DNA from: Octopus vulgaris
Taxonomy: Eukaryota
DNA: 64,000 bases
Assembly: GCA_951406725.2 (NCBI GenBank)
Contig: OX597828.1
Span: forward strand, 13,392,001 to 13,456,000
Direction: 5' to 3'
Part shown: positions 12,681 to 24,163 of the stretch, in pieces
Numbering within the stretch: position 1 is the first letter of the stretch
How the letters are laid out: each line of letters opens with the position of its first letter
Made by a program: the position numbers and the translations under genes
The notes under the pieces: generated by a model
Databases searched by the model: none
Told to the model about the DNA's origin: nothing
Seen by the model: only the letters and a program-made list of their open reading frames with translations

Positions 12681-13313
12681 GGCGTGTGGTAAGTAGCTTG
12701 CTTATGAACCACATGGTTCCGGGTTCAGTCCCACTGCGTGACACCTTCGGTAAGTGTCTTCTACTATAGCCTCGGACCGACCAAAGCCTTGTGAGTGGAT
12801 TTGGTAGACGGAAACTGAAAGAATCCCGTCGTATATATGTATATATATATATATGCGTGTGTGTGTTTGTGTGTCTGTTTGTCCCCCTAGCATTGCTTGA
12901 CAGCCAATGCTGGTGTGTTTATGTCCCCGTTACTTAGCGGTTCGGCAAAAGAGACCGATAGAATAAGTACTGGGCTTACAAAAGAATAAGTCCCCGGGTC
13001 GAGTTGCTCGATTAAAGGCGGTGCTCCAGCATGGCCACAGTCAAATGACTGAAACAAGTAAAAGAGAAGGAGAAAGAGAGAGTATATATGTATATGTATA
13101 CATATATATATGCGTGTGTGTTTGTATGTCTGTATTTGTCCCCCCAACATCGCTTGACAACTGATGCTGGTGTGTTTACATCCCTGTAACTTAGCGGTTC
13201 GGCAAAAGAGACCAATAGAATAAGTACTAGGCTTACAAAAAATAAGTCGATTTGCTCGACTAAAGGCAGTGCTCCAGCATGGCCACAGTCACATAACTGA
13301 AACAAGTAAAAGA
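12681..13313 (+). mobile_element. SINE family A with tandem duplication of 3' half
   Basis: Full copy to about 13065, second 3' half 13110-13313. Confidence 0.85.
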
Positions 13314-13435
13314 GTATATATGAAAAATACATTAATAAATAGAGGGTACATTAATAAAAAGATAACTCACAATGGATTAAATTAATGGGTGAGAATTAAA
13401 AACCTAGAGAATTAAAATGCTAAAGAATTACTAAA

Positions 13436-13868
13436 ACAAGAGCGATGTTTCGCTTGTCGTAGCACATGTTTCCGTCGATTTCCGTAAAAAATGTAAACAC
13501 TGAATCGGCACATACATACACACATACATACATACACACATAGATACATACACACACACACATACATGCAGACATACATATACACATACACCGAGTAAAA
13601 AATTTCAGTTATCTCTCTCTTTCACACATTACTCTCTCTGTCTCTTCGCACACACTAACAGAAGCACTTCACTTACACAACATACTGTCTGTCTCCCACA
13701 CCCCATCAAACACACACACGGGGACTTCAAAGAGAAATTTCCTCGTCATAAAATCGCTTCCTCTTAGTCTCTTTCGCTCTCATTACTTATGTAAAAAAAT
13801 AAAAGTTTTTTACGGAAATCGACGGAAACTTGTGCTACGACAAGCGAAACATGATTTCATTGTCTTGT
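13436..13868. mobile_element. MITE with about 50-bp terminal inverted repeats
   Basis: atgtttcgcttgtcgtagcacatgtttccgtcgatttccgtaaaaaa at the left is inverted at about 13806-13852; acaag...cttgt termini; internal CATA microsatellite. Confidence 0.75.
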
Positions 13869-13989
13869 GTGTGTGTTTGTGTGTATGAGCCCCGTTGTCT
13901 TACCTAACATTGTTTTATAATTGTAAAGGTGTGTCATTGTCATACAGGTGGTATAATTCGTTTTCAACCTTCCAAGAAAAACATGTTTA

Positions 13990-14411
13990 CTCTTTTACTC
14001 TTTTACTTGTTTCTGTCATTTGACTGTGGCCATGCTGGAGCACCGCCTTTAGTCGAGCAAATCGACCCCGGGACTTATTCTTTGTAAGCCCAGTACTTAT
14101 TCTATCGGTCTCTTTTGCCGAACCGCTAAGTGACGGGGGCGTAAACACACCAGCATCGGTTGTCAAGCAATGCTAGGGGGACAAACACAGACACACAAAC
14201 ATACACAAACATACACACACACACACACTTATATATATATACATATATACGACAGGCTTCTTTCAGTTTCCGTCTACCAAATCCACTCACAAGGCATTGG
14301 TCGGCCCGGGGCTATAGCAGAAAACACTTGCCCAAGATGCCACGCAGTGGGACTGAACCCGGAACCATGTGGTTGGTTAGCAAGCTACTTACCACACAGC
14401 CACTCTTGCGC
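13990..14411 (-). mobile_element. SINE family A
   Basis: Reverse-complement full-length copy. Confidence 0.9.
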
Positions 14412-14859
14412 CATGTTTAATCATGGGGGGGGGGGGGAATATATGTAAGACTTGTTGGTGGTTTGAAGAGTTCAGAGACGGAAAAAGAGCAGGAAAATGT
14501 ATTTGGGGGAATGAAAGAGATAGACTTTGAGCCAGTGTAATTACAAGTCATTGTGTTGAAATCCAGGTGAGAGAAGTGATGGGTAGAGAGAGTGAAGTCT
14601 TATGTATGCACAGACACCATCTTTTGGAGAGAAATTTGAATAGAGAGTGTATTTTGAATGCCGGAAATGGTTTCTTCTTTTATTCTTTTCACTCATTTGA
14701 ATGTGGCCATGGTGGAGCACCGTCTTAAAGGGTTTTAGTTGAAGAAATCAACCCCAATACTTATTCTTTGTAAGCCTAATACTTATTCCATCGATCTCTT
14801 CTGCTGAAACACTTAAGTTATGGGAACATAAACACATGAACATTGGTTGTCAACCGATA

Positions 14860-15008
14860 AGTAGCCCGCGCTTTTAACCACTACGCCATATGCTCATGGG
14901 CATGTGGCATAGTGGATAAGAGTGCGGGCTACTAACCTCAAGAGTCCGAGTTCGATTCCAAGCAGTGACCTGAACACTAACAATAATAATAATAATAATA
15001 ATAATAAT
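14860..15008 (+). mobile_element. Short tRNA-derived repeat with inverted duplication of its head and (AAT)n tail
   Basis: A box tggcatagtggataag, B box gagttcgattcc; 14860-14933 is palindromic. Confidence 0.65.
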
Positions 15009-15011
15009 GAT

Positions 15012-15225
15012 CCTTTCTAACGGAGGCACAAAGCCTGAAATTTAGGAGGAGGAAGACTTGTCGAATATATCGACCCCAGTGTTTCACTGGTTCTTAATTT
15101 ATCAACACCAAAAGAATGAAAAGCAAAGTCAACCTCGGCAGAATTTGAACTCAGAATGTAGCAGCAGACAAAATACTGCTAAGCATTTTGCCTGGTGTGC
15201 TAACAATTCTGCCAGCTCACCACCT
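15012..15225 (-). mobile_element. SINE family C
   Basis: Reverse complement of the 56497 copy. Confidence 0.8.
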
Positions 15226-15306
15226 TCACTTGGTGATGATGATGATGATGATAATAATAATAATATGTATGTATGTGTATGTATGTATATACATATATAT
15301 ATTCGG

Positions 15307-15643
15307 AGACCCCCTTCGGTCACGACACAGACCATGGGATTGCACCTAGAAAGTTACCCTCCTAGACACAAGTCTGGGCGAGGTTGTTTATGGAAGACCA
15401 GCAGTCGCCCATGCATACCAGCCTCCCCTCTCCACGCCACCAGTGTTATCCAAGGGAAAGACAAAGGTCGATACAGCTTGGCACCAGTGACGTCGCAACT
15501 CATTTCTACAGCTGAGTGAACTGGAGCAACGTGAAATAAAGTGCCTTGCTCAAGAACACAACACGCAGCCCGGTCCGGGATTCGAGCTCACAACCTCACG
15601 ATCGTAAGCTCGATGCTCTAACCACTGAGCCATGCGCCTTCAC
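15307..15643 (-). mobile_element. SINE family B
   Basis: Well-preserved reverse-complement copy. Confidence 0.9.
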
Positions 15644-15723
15644 ATGCATATATATATATATATGCATGTGCACATGTGTGTACGCACACATACACACATA
15701 TATGACTCATACTGCAACATAAT

Positions 15724-16168
15724 GTAGGGTTCTTAACCAAGCTACATTCAAGATATTGCTAGATTTTTTTTTTTTTGTGTTGTTTGTAATGTCTGTTATC
15801 AATTGTCACTTTGGTTTTTATCTCACTGACCCCTTAGACCGGGGTCTATATGACACTTAGGATTCCATATAAGATTTTTTGTGGGTCCAAGCAAGCAAAA
15901 TAGTAAACTGAAAATCTGCAATATTATTTTAAGGGTTCCCTGAAAGAATTTTGCTTTAGATGTATTTGTTGCAAGAAATAGGTTTATTTCTGTTCTGCTT
16001 TACATAGTTCAACCTACACAAGTTAATGTGTGAAAAACAAAATGGGAATTTTGAAAGAAGATATCTATAAATCTTGTTTGTAAACATCAAATGGCTATCG
16101 GGTCTACAAAAATAAAATAGTATTCAAAGAGGGGTTCATAGATGAAAAAAAAATGGTTAAGAACCTTT
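15724..16168. mobile_element. hAT/Charlie-like MITE
   Basis: TIR agggttcttaacc / ggttaagaacct; internal sequence homologous to 25692-25988. Confidence 0.7.
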
Positions 16169-16637
16169 GCTTTAGACCTTTTCTTTTAATTCTTTGCAAT
16201 TCTTTCAAGCATGAATTTTTATTTTATTGTAATTCTTTGACATATTATACAATAAAAGTTCTCAAGGGCAAACGTCTGATCTTCTGTATTGTCTGAAGGA
16301 CAAATAATATTTCGATTTATTCCAGTGAAATATTTTTGTTGTTAGGAAGCTCTCTTTACAACCATATGGTTTTGAGTTTTGTTTCACTGTGTGTGTCACC
16401 TTGGGCAAGTGTTTTCTACTGTAGCTCAGGGCCAACAGATTCCTTGTAAGTAAATTACGTTGATAGAAACTGTGTGTAAGCCATCGTGTGTGTGTGTGTG
16501 TAAGTAAATGACATGGAAACTAGAAATTATGTGATGGACTTCAATTGCTTACAGCCGTTTTTGCTTCTATATGCAATGTGCTTATAGTTGAATGCTTGTG
16601 TATCACTTTATAGCTTTATTGGGAGATTTGTTTTTGA

Positions 16638-16710
16638 AGCTCTGATGAAGCTATGAAGCAATACTCTACTATGAGTGCATTTCGCCTTATAGAAGAAACA
16701 GCAGTCAGCT
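16638..16710 (+). ncRNA. Type-I minimal hammerhead ribozyme motif
   Basis: agct-CTGATGA(16642-48)-stem II-GAAAC-AGCA-GTC(16704-06)-agct; stem I agct/agct. Confidence 0.65.
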
Positions 16711-16867
16711 AATGAAGTTCAGGCCATAATTTCCTATTCCCTTGTCATTTATATAACCTCTTATTACACTCTGTACTTGACTAATGCTTTTTTCTGAAGC
16801 ATATGTATACTGAGTTCTGACACCAGGTTTTTAGTATCTCTATGCCTAAGCGAACTATATGTGTGCT

Positions 16868-16911
<44 letters not shown>

Positions 16912-16975
16912 TATATGTATGTATGTATATATTTGTGTATGTGTATATATCTATATATATTTGTGCATCTATATA

Positions 16976-19110
16976 CAAGTAGACTCCATGTTTACAAATG
17001 ACTAGATTTGTAAAATGAAAAATTCATATAGTGGGGTATTATTGTCCATAGAAAACAATGAATATTCCTCTAATTGGTTCTTGTTAAGGAAGTCAATTCT
17101 TAAACTTTCTGAAATTGAAAAAAAAAATGGTTAAGATAAAAATAGCAATATTCAAGAATATAATTTTTTATTAAATCACAAACTACAGAATGAAAAAATT
17201 AGAAAAACATATATAAAACAAAACAATTCAGCTCATGAAATTTAATTCCTATCTATCGTGTCTTCTGTCACTGGTGCCTCTTGAGCGCATGTCAATTCCT
17301 TTTGTTGAGTTTCTTCTTGTTTTGCTGTTTGGTCCGCATTAGTTTTCTTTATTAAAAAATTATCTGAAGTTGTTTGTTGAAAAGATTTCTTTTTCGTTTT
17401 ATGGTAGATTTCACGTTCATTTAGCATTTTTGCAGAGAAGCATCTTTCAGGCGATTCTTCATTTTCTTCTTCACGTTCAAACTTTTCCATTTCTAGCAAT
17501 TCTCCATTTGTGATTTCATCACTGTCAGCATAAAGAACTTCTTTAACATCTTCAGGTGAAATTTCAAAGTTTAATTCCTTTGCAATGTTTATGATCGTGT
17601 CAGTTTGTGTTTGAAGACCTTCATGAAGGTTATCAAATCCTTGAAAATTGTCAATTAATTTGGTGCAGAGATTTTTCCAAATTCCTTTCATGTTCCTTGC
17701 GGTGATTTTATCCCATGCTTTCTTTATCACTTTTATTGCATCAAGGATGTTGAAACTCTTCCGAAATTATTGAATCGTAGGACCATTTTCTTTATCAATC
17801 CGCCGAGTCTTCCAAAGGTGAAATGGAGATAGTACGATTTAAACGATGAAATGGCTCCATGATCCATAGGCTGCAATAATGATGTTGAATGGGGAGGTAA
17901 AAAACAACATTAATATTTTGATGGTGATGCTTTAAAAATGCAGCACGACTGGGGATATGATCCATAATCAAAAGAATCTTGAAAGGAATTTTTTTCATCC
18001 TTACAATATTTTTCTACTTTGGGAACAAAGTGATTAGAAAATCAATCTTCAAATAGAGTTACTGTCACCCAAGCTTTTTTGTTATGCTTTCAGATTGCAG
18101 GAAGCTTCGTCTTATTAATTCCTTTTAAAGCACGGGGTTTCCAGATCGATAAATAAGCATGGGCTTGAGTTTGCAGCCCCCTTCACAATTTCCTCCCAGA
18201 AGCAACGTCATCCTATCTTTTGCATCTTTGAATCCTGATGTTGAAGGTTCTTCTCTCACAGTGAAACTCCTTGAAGGCATTCATTTCCAAAATTGCCTCA
18301 TCTCATCCACATTAAATATTTGAGATGGTATAAAACCTTCTTCTTCAATTGGATCTTCTAATTGGCGAGGAAAAGTTTCTGCAGCTTTTTGATCTGCGTT
18401 AGATTTGATTCTCATGGATCTTCACATTGTGTAGATTTGCTGGGTTTTTTTTAAACAATTTTAGCAACCATTGCTTGCTACAAATGTTTCATTTGATCCA
18501 TCTAATTGTCCTCGAAATATAACCTGACTAAGTGGCATATGAAGTCTATGAATTTGATTGTTAATCCAAGCTGTCAAAAGTTTTTCTGTGCCTGAAATAA
18601 AATTTTCGTTATCTTTTCTTCGTAACTAAGTTGAATTTAGAGCATAACTTCCTTTAACTGTATTTAAATCATCTTCCTTTTGCTTCAAGATGGTACACAC
18701 ACATGAAGGAGCCATGTCAAATTGTTTTTGATAAATCTTTAACAGTTGCACCTTTTTAGTGTTGTTTAATCAATTTGTATTTTATTTCTAAAGTAAATTG
18801 CTTTATGTTTCATCTTATCCTTGCATGCCAGAATTCTTTCTTTTTGAAACCATGACGAGGGTATTCAAAAAATTAAAGATGCGTAAAAAATAAAAAATGA
18901 AAAAAGATGAACGGAACGAAGGAAGATGAAATGCGAGCTAACATGAAGGGAGGTGGGCAGGCACTGACACACTTCAAATGCAAAAAGCAATTGCAGGTAA
19001 TTGCTTGAGGTAACAGGTGCTGACAGACCGAAAGTGATGCTCATTTTCCATCTATAATTCATAAAGATGAGGTTTCATAAATCGGGGTTATGTAAAACAA
19101 GGTATGCCTG
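16976..19110 (-). mobile_element. Tigger/pogo DNA transposon, full-length, decayed
   Basis: TA on both sides; right end reads CAGGCATACCTTGTTTTA on the minus strand (Tigger-type TIR); left end caagtagactccatgttta is a degenerate counterpart. Confidence 0.85.
17242..18853 (-). pseudogene. Tigger/pogo transposase (CENP-B-like HTH + DDE), multiple stops and frameshifts
   Basis: Manual translation: MVSKRK..., QIFNVDE, GFKDAKDRMTLLLGGN, KLKPMLIY, NKKAWVT, KILLIMD, TSLLQPMD, IKKAWDKIT...IWKNL. Confidence 0.9.
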
Positions 19111-19113
19111 TAT

Positions 19114-19660
19114 ATCATCATCGTCATCATTTAATGTCTGCTTCCCATGTTGGCATGGTTTGGACGATTTGATGAGGACTGGCAAGCCAGAAGGCTGCAC
19201 CAGGCTCCAGTCTGATTTGGCAAGGTTTCTATTGATGGATGCCCTTCCTTATGCCAATCACTCTGAGTGCGTAGTGGGTGCTTTTCATGGGAGCCAGTCA
19301 GGTGGCACTGGCATTGGCCACACTGGAATGGTACTTTTTACGTGCCTCTGGCACGGCTACCAGTCAGGTGGCACTGGCATCGGCCACAACTACGATTTCA
19401 CTTGGTTCAACAGGTCTTCACCAGCATAGCATATTGCCCGACAATTGAAAGGTGCTTTTAAATAGGCCAGTTATGCGACACTGGTATCAGTCGCAATTAC
19501 AATCGCACTTGACTTGCCAGGTCTTCTCAAGCACAGCATATCTCCAAAGGTTTCTGTTGCTTGTCATTGCCTCTCTGAGGTCTAATGTTCAAAGGTTGTG
19601 CTTCACCACCTCATCCCGTGTCTTCCTAGGTCTACCTCTTCCACAGGTTCCCTCCACTGT
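19114..19660 (-). mobile_element. Repeat family D with longer LINE-like 5' extension
   Basis: Tail (tca)n, conserved 3' end; upstream part on the minus strand reads like an RTE ORF end (GTCGRGRPRKTR). Confidence 0.75.
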
Positions 19661-19839
19661 TATATGTATACGTGTTTTCTTTGCCTTTTAATATGATATG
19701 GCACCGATATTGTATGTATATATCTATGTGTGTGTGTCTTTGTGATTGTCCCCCACCACCACTTGCCAGCAATTTGTATTGGATGGTTTACATCCTCTTA
19801 ACTTAGTGGTTTGGCAAAAGGAGGCTGATAGTACCAGGA

Positions 19840-19870
<31 letters not shown>

Positions 19871-19903
19871 GTCAAAATAAGCAACAAAGATATCCAAGGT
19901 AGT

Positions 19904-19989
19904 GTAGTACAATTGTTTCATGCTACTTCATTTTATTAAACAATGTAAGTATTACATCAGTTTTAAAATGTCGAGCAATCTTCAGCCAC
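19904..19989 (-). ncRNA. Hammerhead motif, mirror copy of 20560-20645
   Basis: gtag-tac-aatt-gtttc...tcttcag-ccac on the plus strand. Confidence 0.72.
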
Positions 19990-20559
19990 ATATAGAATTT
20001 TTCAATTAAAACTTCAGCCTACTAGTTTTTTGCTATAATACATTCAAATATGTCTGAACTAAATTCCCCGGGCATGGCTGTGTGGTTAGGGAGCTTGCTT
20101 CCTAGCTACATGGTTTCGGGTTCAGTCCCACTGCGTGGCACTTTGGGTAGGTGTCTTCCACTATAGCCCTGAGCCGACCGGAGCTTTGTGATTGAATTCG
20201 GTCGGTGGAAGTTACTGCCGTGTGTGTATGTGTGCGTATAACTGCTCAGTGCCTCTCCGAAAGAGAGAGAGAGAAGGATGGATTTATGGTTTGACATTTG
20301 TACTACCCCTTCCTCTATCTATAAATAGAAAAAAATTCTTGTTTGTCTCCATTCAACCAAGAATGAAAAACCCCCTCCGCACTGATAGATCTAAATAACA
20401 AAGTGAACTTAGTGGTAAAATCTACAGATGGAGAATGAACATACTACCATCATGTTCTTAATGATGAAATTAACCTCTCTGTCTATATATCTACCCTCTT
20501 TGTAATGTTGGCAAATGTATAAGAATGTGCATTGTCAGTTTAATTGGAAAATTCTATAA

Positions 20560-20645
20560 GTGGCTGAAGATTGCTCGACATTTTAAAACTGATGTAATAC
20601 TTACAATGTTTAATAAAATGAAGTAGCATGAAACAATTGTACTAC
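20560..20645 (+). ncRNA. Type-I minimal hammerhead ribozyme motif
   Basis: gtgg-CTGAAGA-t-tgct...agca-t-GAAAC-AATT-GTA-ctac; palindromic loop AATT; stem I gtgg/ctac. Confidence 0.75.
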
Positions 20646-22004
20646 ACTACCTTGGCTATCTTTGTTGCTTATTTTGATTATAATCACCCCATTTGATTTA
20701 CATGGATAATACCATACAAAATTCTGGTGCCTTTAACTTGAGTACCATATTCATCTGAAAATATATATATATATAAAACTTACTTGTCCTTACCTTCGGA
20801 ACACGGAGTAGATGAAACAGGGACAACTGAAGAAGGGGAATATTCTTTGTGTTGTATGTCTCATTTCTCTGTTTATTTCATTGTTTGAAAAAGAAGTTTG
20901 TTTCTATGTTTTGGTCTTTTTGTTTTCGTTTCTCATTGTGTTCCACGTTTTTTTTATGTCTTGTACCCATATATGCATATATTTATATATTTATTATTAT
21001 ATATAAAAAATTAGAAAAAAACCCCACCTTTTATCAATTCAAAATGAACAATTAAATTACACCATCTAGAAAATTACATATAATAAAAATATTAAAATTA
21101 AAATAACAATAAAATGTCAATGATTAAGTAAATTGCAAAAAAAAATAGTAATAAAAATGTATATAATTTGTAGAATAACGATACGTGTTTCGTGGCTATA
21201 TTTAAGAAATGATTATAGTAGTAGTATGTTAAATTAACCAGTATGTTTAATTATGCAGTACTGTGACCCAAATATGGTGCTAGACTCCTGATAATTATTA
21301 TCTATTATTATATATATAAATACTGGGATTGATTTGTTTGACTAAGCTCTTCAAGGCAGTGCCCCAGCATGGCCGTAATCCGACAACTGAAACAAATAAA
21401 AAGACAATGGATTAAAGACAAAAAATTATTTTTTAATATTTTCAAGCCATATTTAACTTTCTAGATATAAAGATGCAACCAGTATGTTTGTTTTCCCTCT
21501 TAAATCAACTCATGCTTATTATCATTATGTACAAAACTGATATATTTAACTGTGGATGGTGGAGACATGGTAAATTATGCAATACTATGACACAAATATG
21601 GTGCTAGACTCCTGATAATTCTTTTATGGATGGAACCCTTCCTACAGTAAACAGTGTGTAATACTACACGTAACTTCCCTTGACACAGTTTACCTAGTTC
21701 TTGCCATAAATTATTGATTTTTGACTTAGACACAAAGCTACCTGAGCTATAAATTATTGTCTTCAGGAACACGTGTTTTCCTTTTTTTTTTTTCTTCTTT
21801 TTCTTTTTATCCGCTGCAATTCCTGCGAGGTGTTGCCGTGCGATATGGATATATGTAATGAATTTTGTGTGCATGCATGTTTGCGTGTGTTTGTATGTGT
21901 TTGCTTGCACATGTGTTGTTATGCTTTAATTGTCTCTCTCTTTCTGAACATAACAACAGCATGCAGCAGGTTTTTTTTTTTTTTTACTCTAGGCATAGAA
22001 GTGG

Positions 22005-22147
22005 CTAAGTAGCTTGCCTACAAACAACATGGTTCCGGGTTCAGTCCCACTGCGTGGCACCTTGGGCAAGTGTCTTCTACTATAGCCTCTGGCCAACCAA
22101 AGCCTTGTGACTGGATTTGGTAGACAGAAACTGAAAGAAGCCTGTCT

Positions 22148-22186
<39 letters not shown>

Positions 22187-22400
22187 ATGTGTGTCTGTGT
22201 TTGTCCCCCCCCCCCCAACATCGCTTGACAACCGATGCTGGAGTGTTTACGTAATTTAGTGTTTCGGCAAAAGAGACCAATAGAATAAGTACTAGGCATA
22301 CAAAGAATAAGTCCTGGGGTCGATTTTCTCGACTAAAGGCGGTGGGTGCTCCAGCATGGCCACAGTCAAATGACTGAAACAAATAAAAGAGTAAAAGAGT
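22005..22400 (+). mobile_element. SINE family A
   Basis: Near full-length copy. Confidence 0.85.
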
Positions 22401-22442
22401 TAACGTGTTCAGAGGTCAACATTAAAAGTTAATTAAACTTTC

Positions 22443-22785
22443 ATGAATTATTCTATATCCTGCTGTTCAAAGCCCTGTGAGAAAGAACTATGCACCTTCA
22501 TGACATTTATATACCGTTATGCAAAGAGAGCTATTAAGAGTTACATGAAATTTGTCAATAGTACATACAGCGAAGGTTTCATTGACTGGCTACAAACCTC
22601 TAGTATTTTAGTGAATTATGTATTGTACCTTGCTGCTCAAATGCCTATGACAGTCAAATATGCATCTTCATGGTATCTATTTGCAGTTATGTGAAGTGGG
22701 CTATTGAAAGTTAAATGAAATTTGTCAATGGTACATACAAGGAAGTTTTGCTGGCAAGATAAAAACCTTTAACATTTTGGTGAGT
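22443..22785. repeat. Diverged tandem duplication, about 170-bp unit
   Basis: tatgcaccttcatg/tatgcatcttcatg and gctatt...atgaaatttgtcaat.gtacataca recur about 170 bp apart. Confidence 0.7.
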
Positions 22786-23182
22786 AGGCCAATATCATGC
22801 TGACTTAGCTTCCTAGACCTTTTTTTGATTCTTAAGAACGTAAACAAATGTATATATTCATTGATTTGCCCATTGTTAAAAGCGGGTGACAAAAATAAAA
22901 TATAAATTTATTGAAAGCAGGGTCTGCATTTTATGAATTACTTTCATATGGTTCCAGGTTCAGTTCACTACATCGTACCTTGTGCCAGTGTCTTCTGCAA
23001 TAAGCACAGGCTGACCAAAGCTTGTGAATGGATTTGGTACATGGAAACTAAAAGAAGCCCATCATATATAGATATATATATATAACGGGAAGCTTTATGA
23101 AAATAGACAAAAGACGAAGGCAGGTGGAAAACAAACAAACAATTGTATTAGTATGGCGCTCAGGAAATATAAATAAAACAAG

Positions 23183-23220
23183 TCTTTAACGTTTCGAGCC
23201 TACGCTCTTCAACAGAAAGA
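23183..23220 (-). ncRNA. Variant hammerhead-like motif
   Basis: tcttt-CTGTTGAA-gagc-gtag-gctc-GAAACGTT-aaaga; core deviates from CUGANGA; second copy at 28745-28783(+). Confidence 0.4.
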
Positions 23221-23463
23221 TACACAGAGAGAAAAAAAACACAGAAAGAAGGAGAGAAAAAAAATGCGTGCAGTAACTAATGAATCAACATGATACACAC
23301 ACACATGCACAGGTGTGACTCTGTGGTAAGAAGCTTGCATCTCAACCGCATGATTCCAGGTTCAGTCCTGCTGTGTGGCACCATGGACAAGTGACTTCTA
23401 CTATAGCCTCAGGCCAAAGCCTTGTGAGTGAATTTGGTAGACAGAAACTGAAAGGTCATCATA

Positions 23464-23494
<31 letters not shown>

Positions 23495-23998
23495 TTGTGT
23501 GTGTATGTATGTGTGTGTGTGTGTGTGTGTGTGTATATACATACATACATACATATATACATACATACACATTAAACTATGGTTGCAGAACAAACAAATA
23601 CACGGTCATCCACGTAACATTTCATATCTCGAACATTTAATCATAGAATATACATGTATAATATCACGGAAGATGAAACATAACTCATCAGTAGAAGCAT
23701 ATAAGAAAATGCAAGAAAAATGTGTGAATACAGTTCATCACGGTTAAAAGTTAATACTTTAGCGATTAAGAAATATATATTTTTTTTAAAAAACATTACA
23801 ACACCTAGAATAATAAATACGTAAAAATATAAAGTAATATATAAATATATAGATATATAAAAATATATAAAAATACATATATATAGGAATCATATAAATA
23901 AGTAATATATAATATATAAGGTAAGATAAAAGTTCAGCGTTTAGAAAATTTTTTTTTTTTTTTTTCATTAAAAATTACTTTTTAGAAAAGGGAAACCT

Positions 23999-24163
23999 AT
24001 AGTTAAAAGCCAGTGTCCAAGCAAAAAAGAAGAAACCATATTTACATTCCCTATGGCATTAAATTCCCTCGTGCATTAAATACAGTAATGTTCCCCCTGA
24101 AATGGCCAAAGGGAATGTAAATATGGTTTCTTCTTTTTTGCTTGGACACTGGCTTTTAACTAT
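23999..24163. repeat. Inverted repeat with about 60-bp arms
   Basis: atagttaaaagccagtgtccaagcaaaaaagaagaaaccatatttacattccc is inverted exactly at about 24111-24163. Confidence 0.9.

Larger units (their letters stand above)
19866..20683. mobile_element. Fold-back element with about 147-bp inverted arms each carrying a hammerhead motif (Penelope-like/retrozyme-like), next to (TA)n
   Basis: 19866-20012 is the reverse complement of 20537-20683; a SINE A fragment lies in the spacer. Confidence 0.75.

Noticed and set aside
20826-20845. CTGAAGA as a hammerhead core
   Set aside because: No downstream stem II plus GAAA...UH arrangement found.
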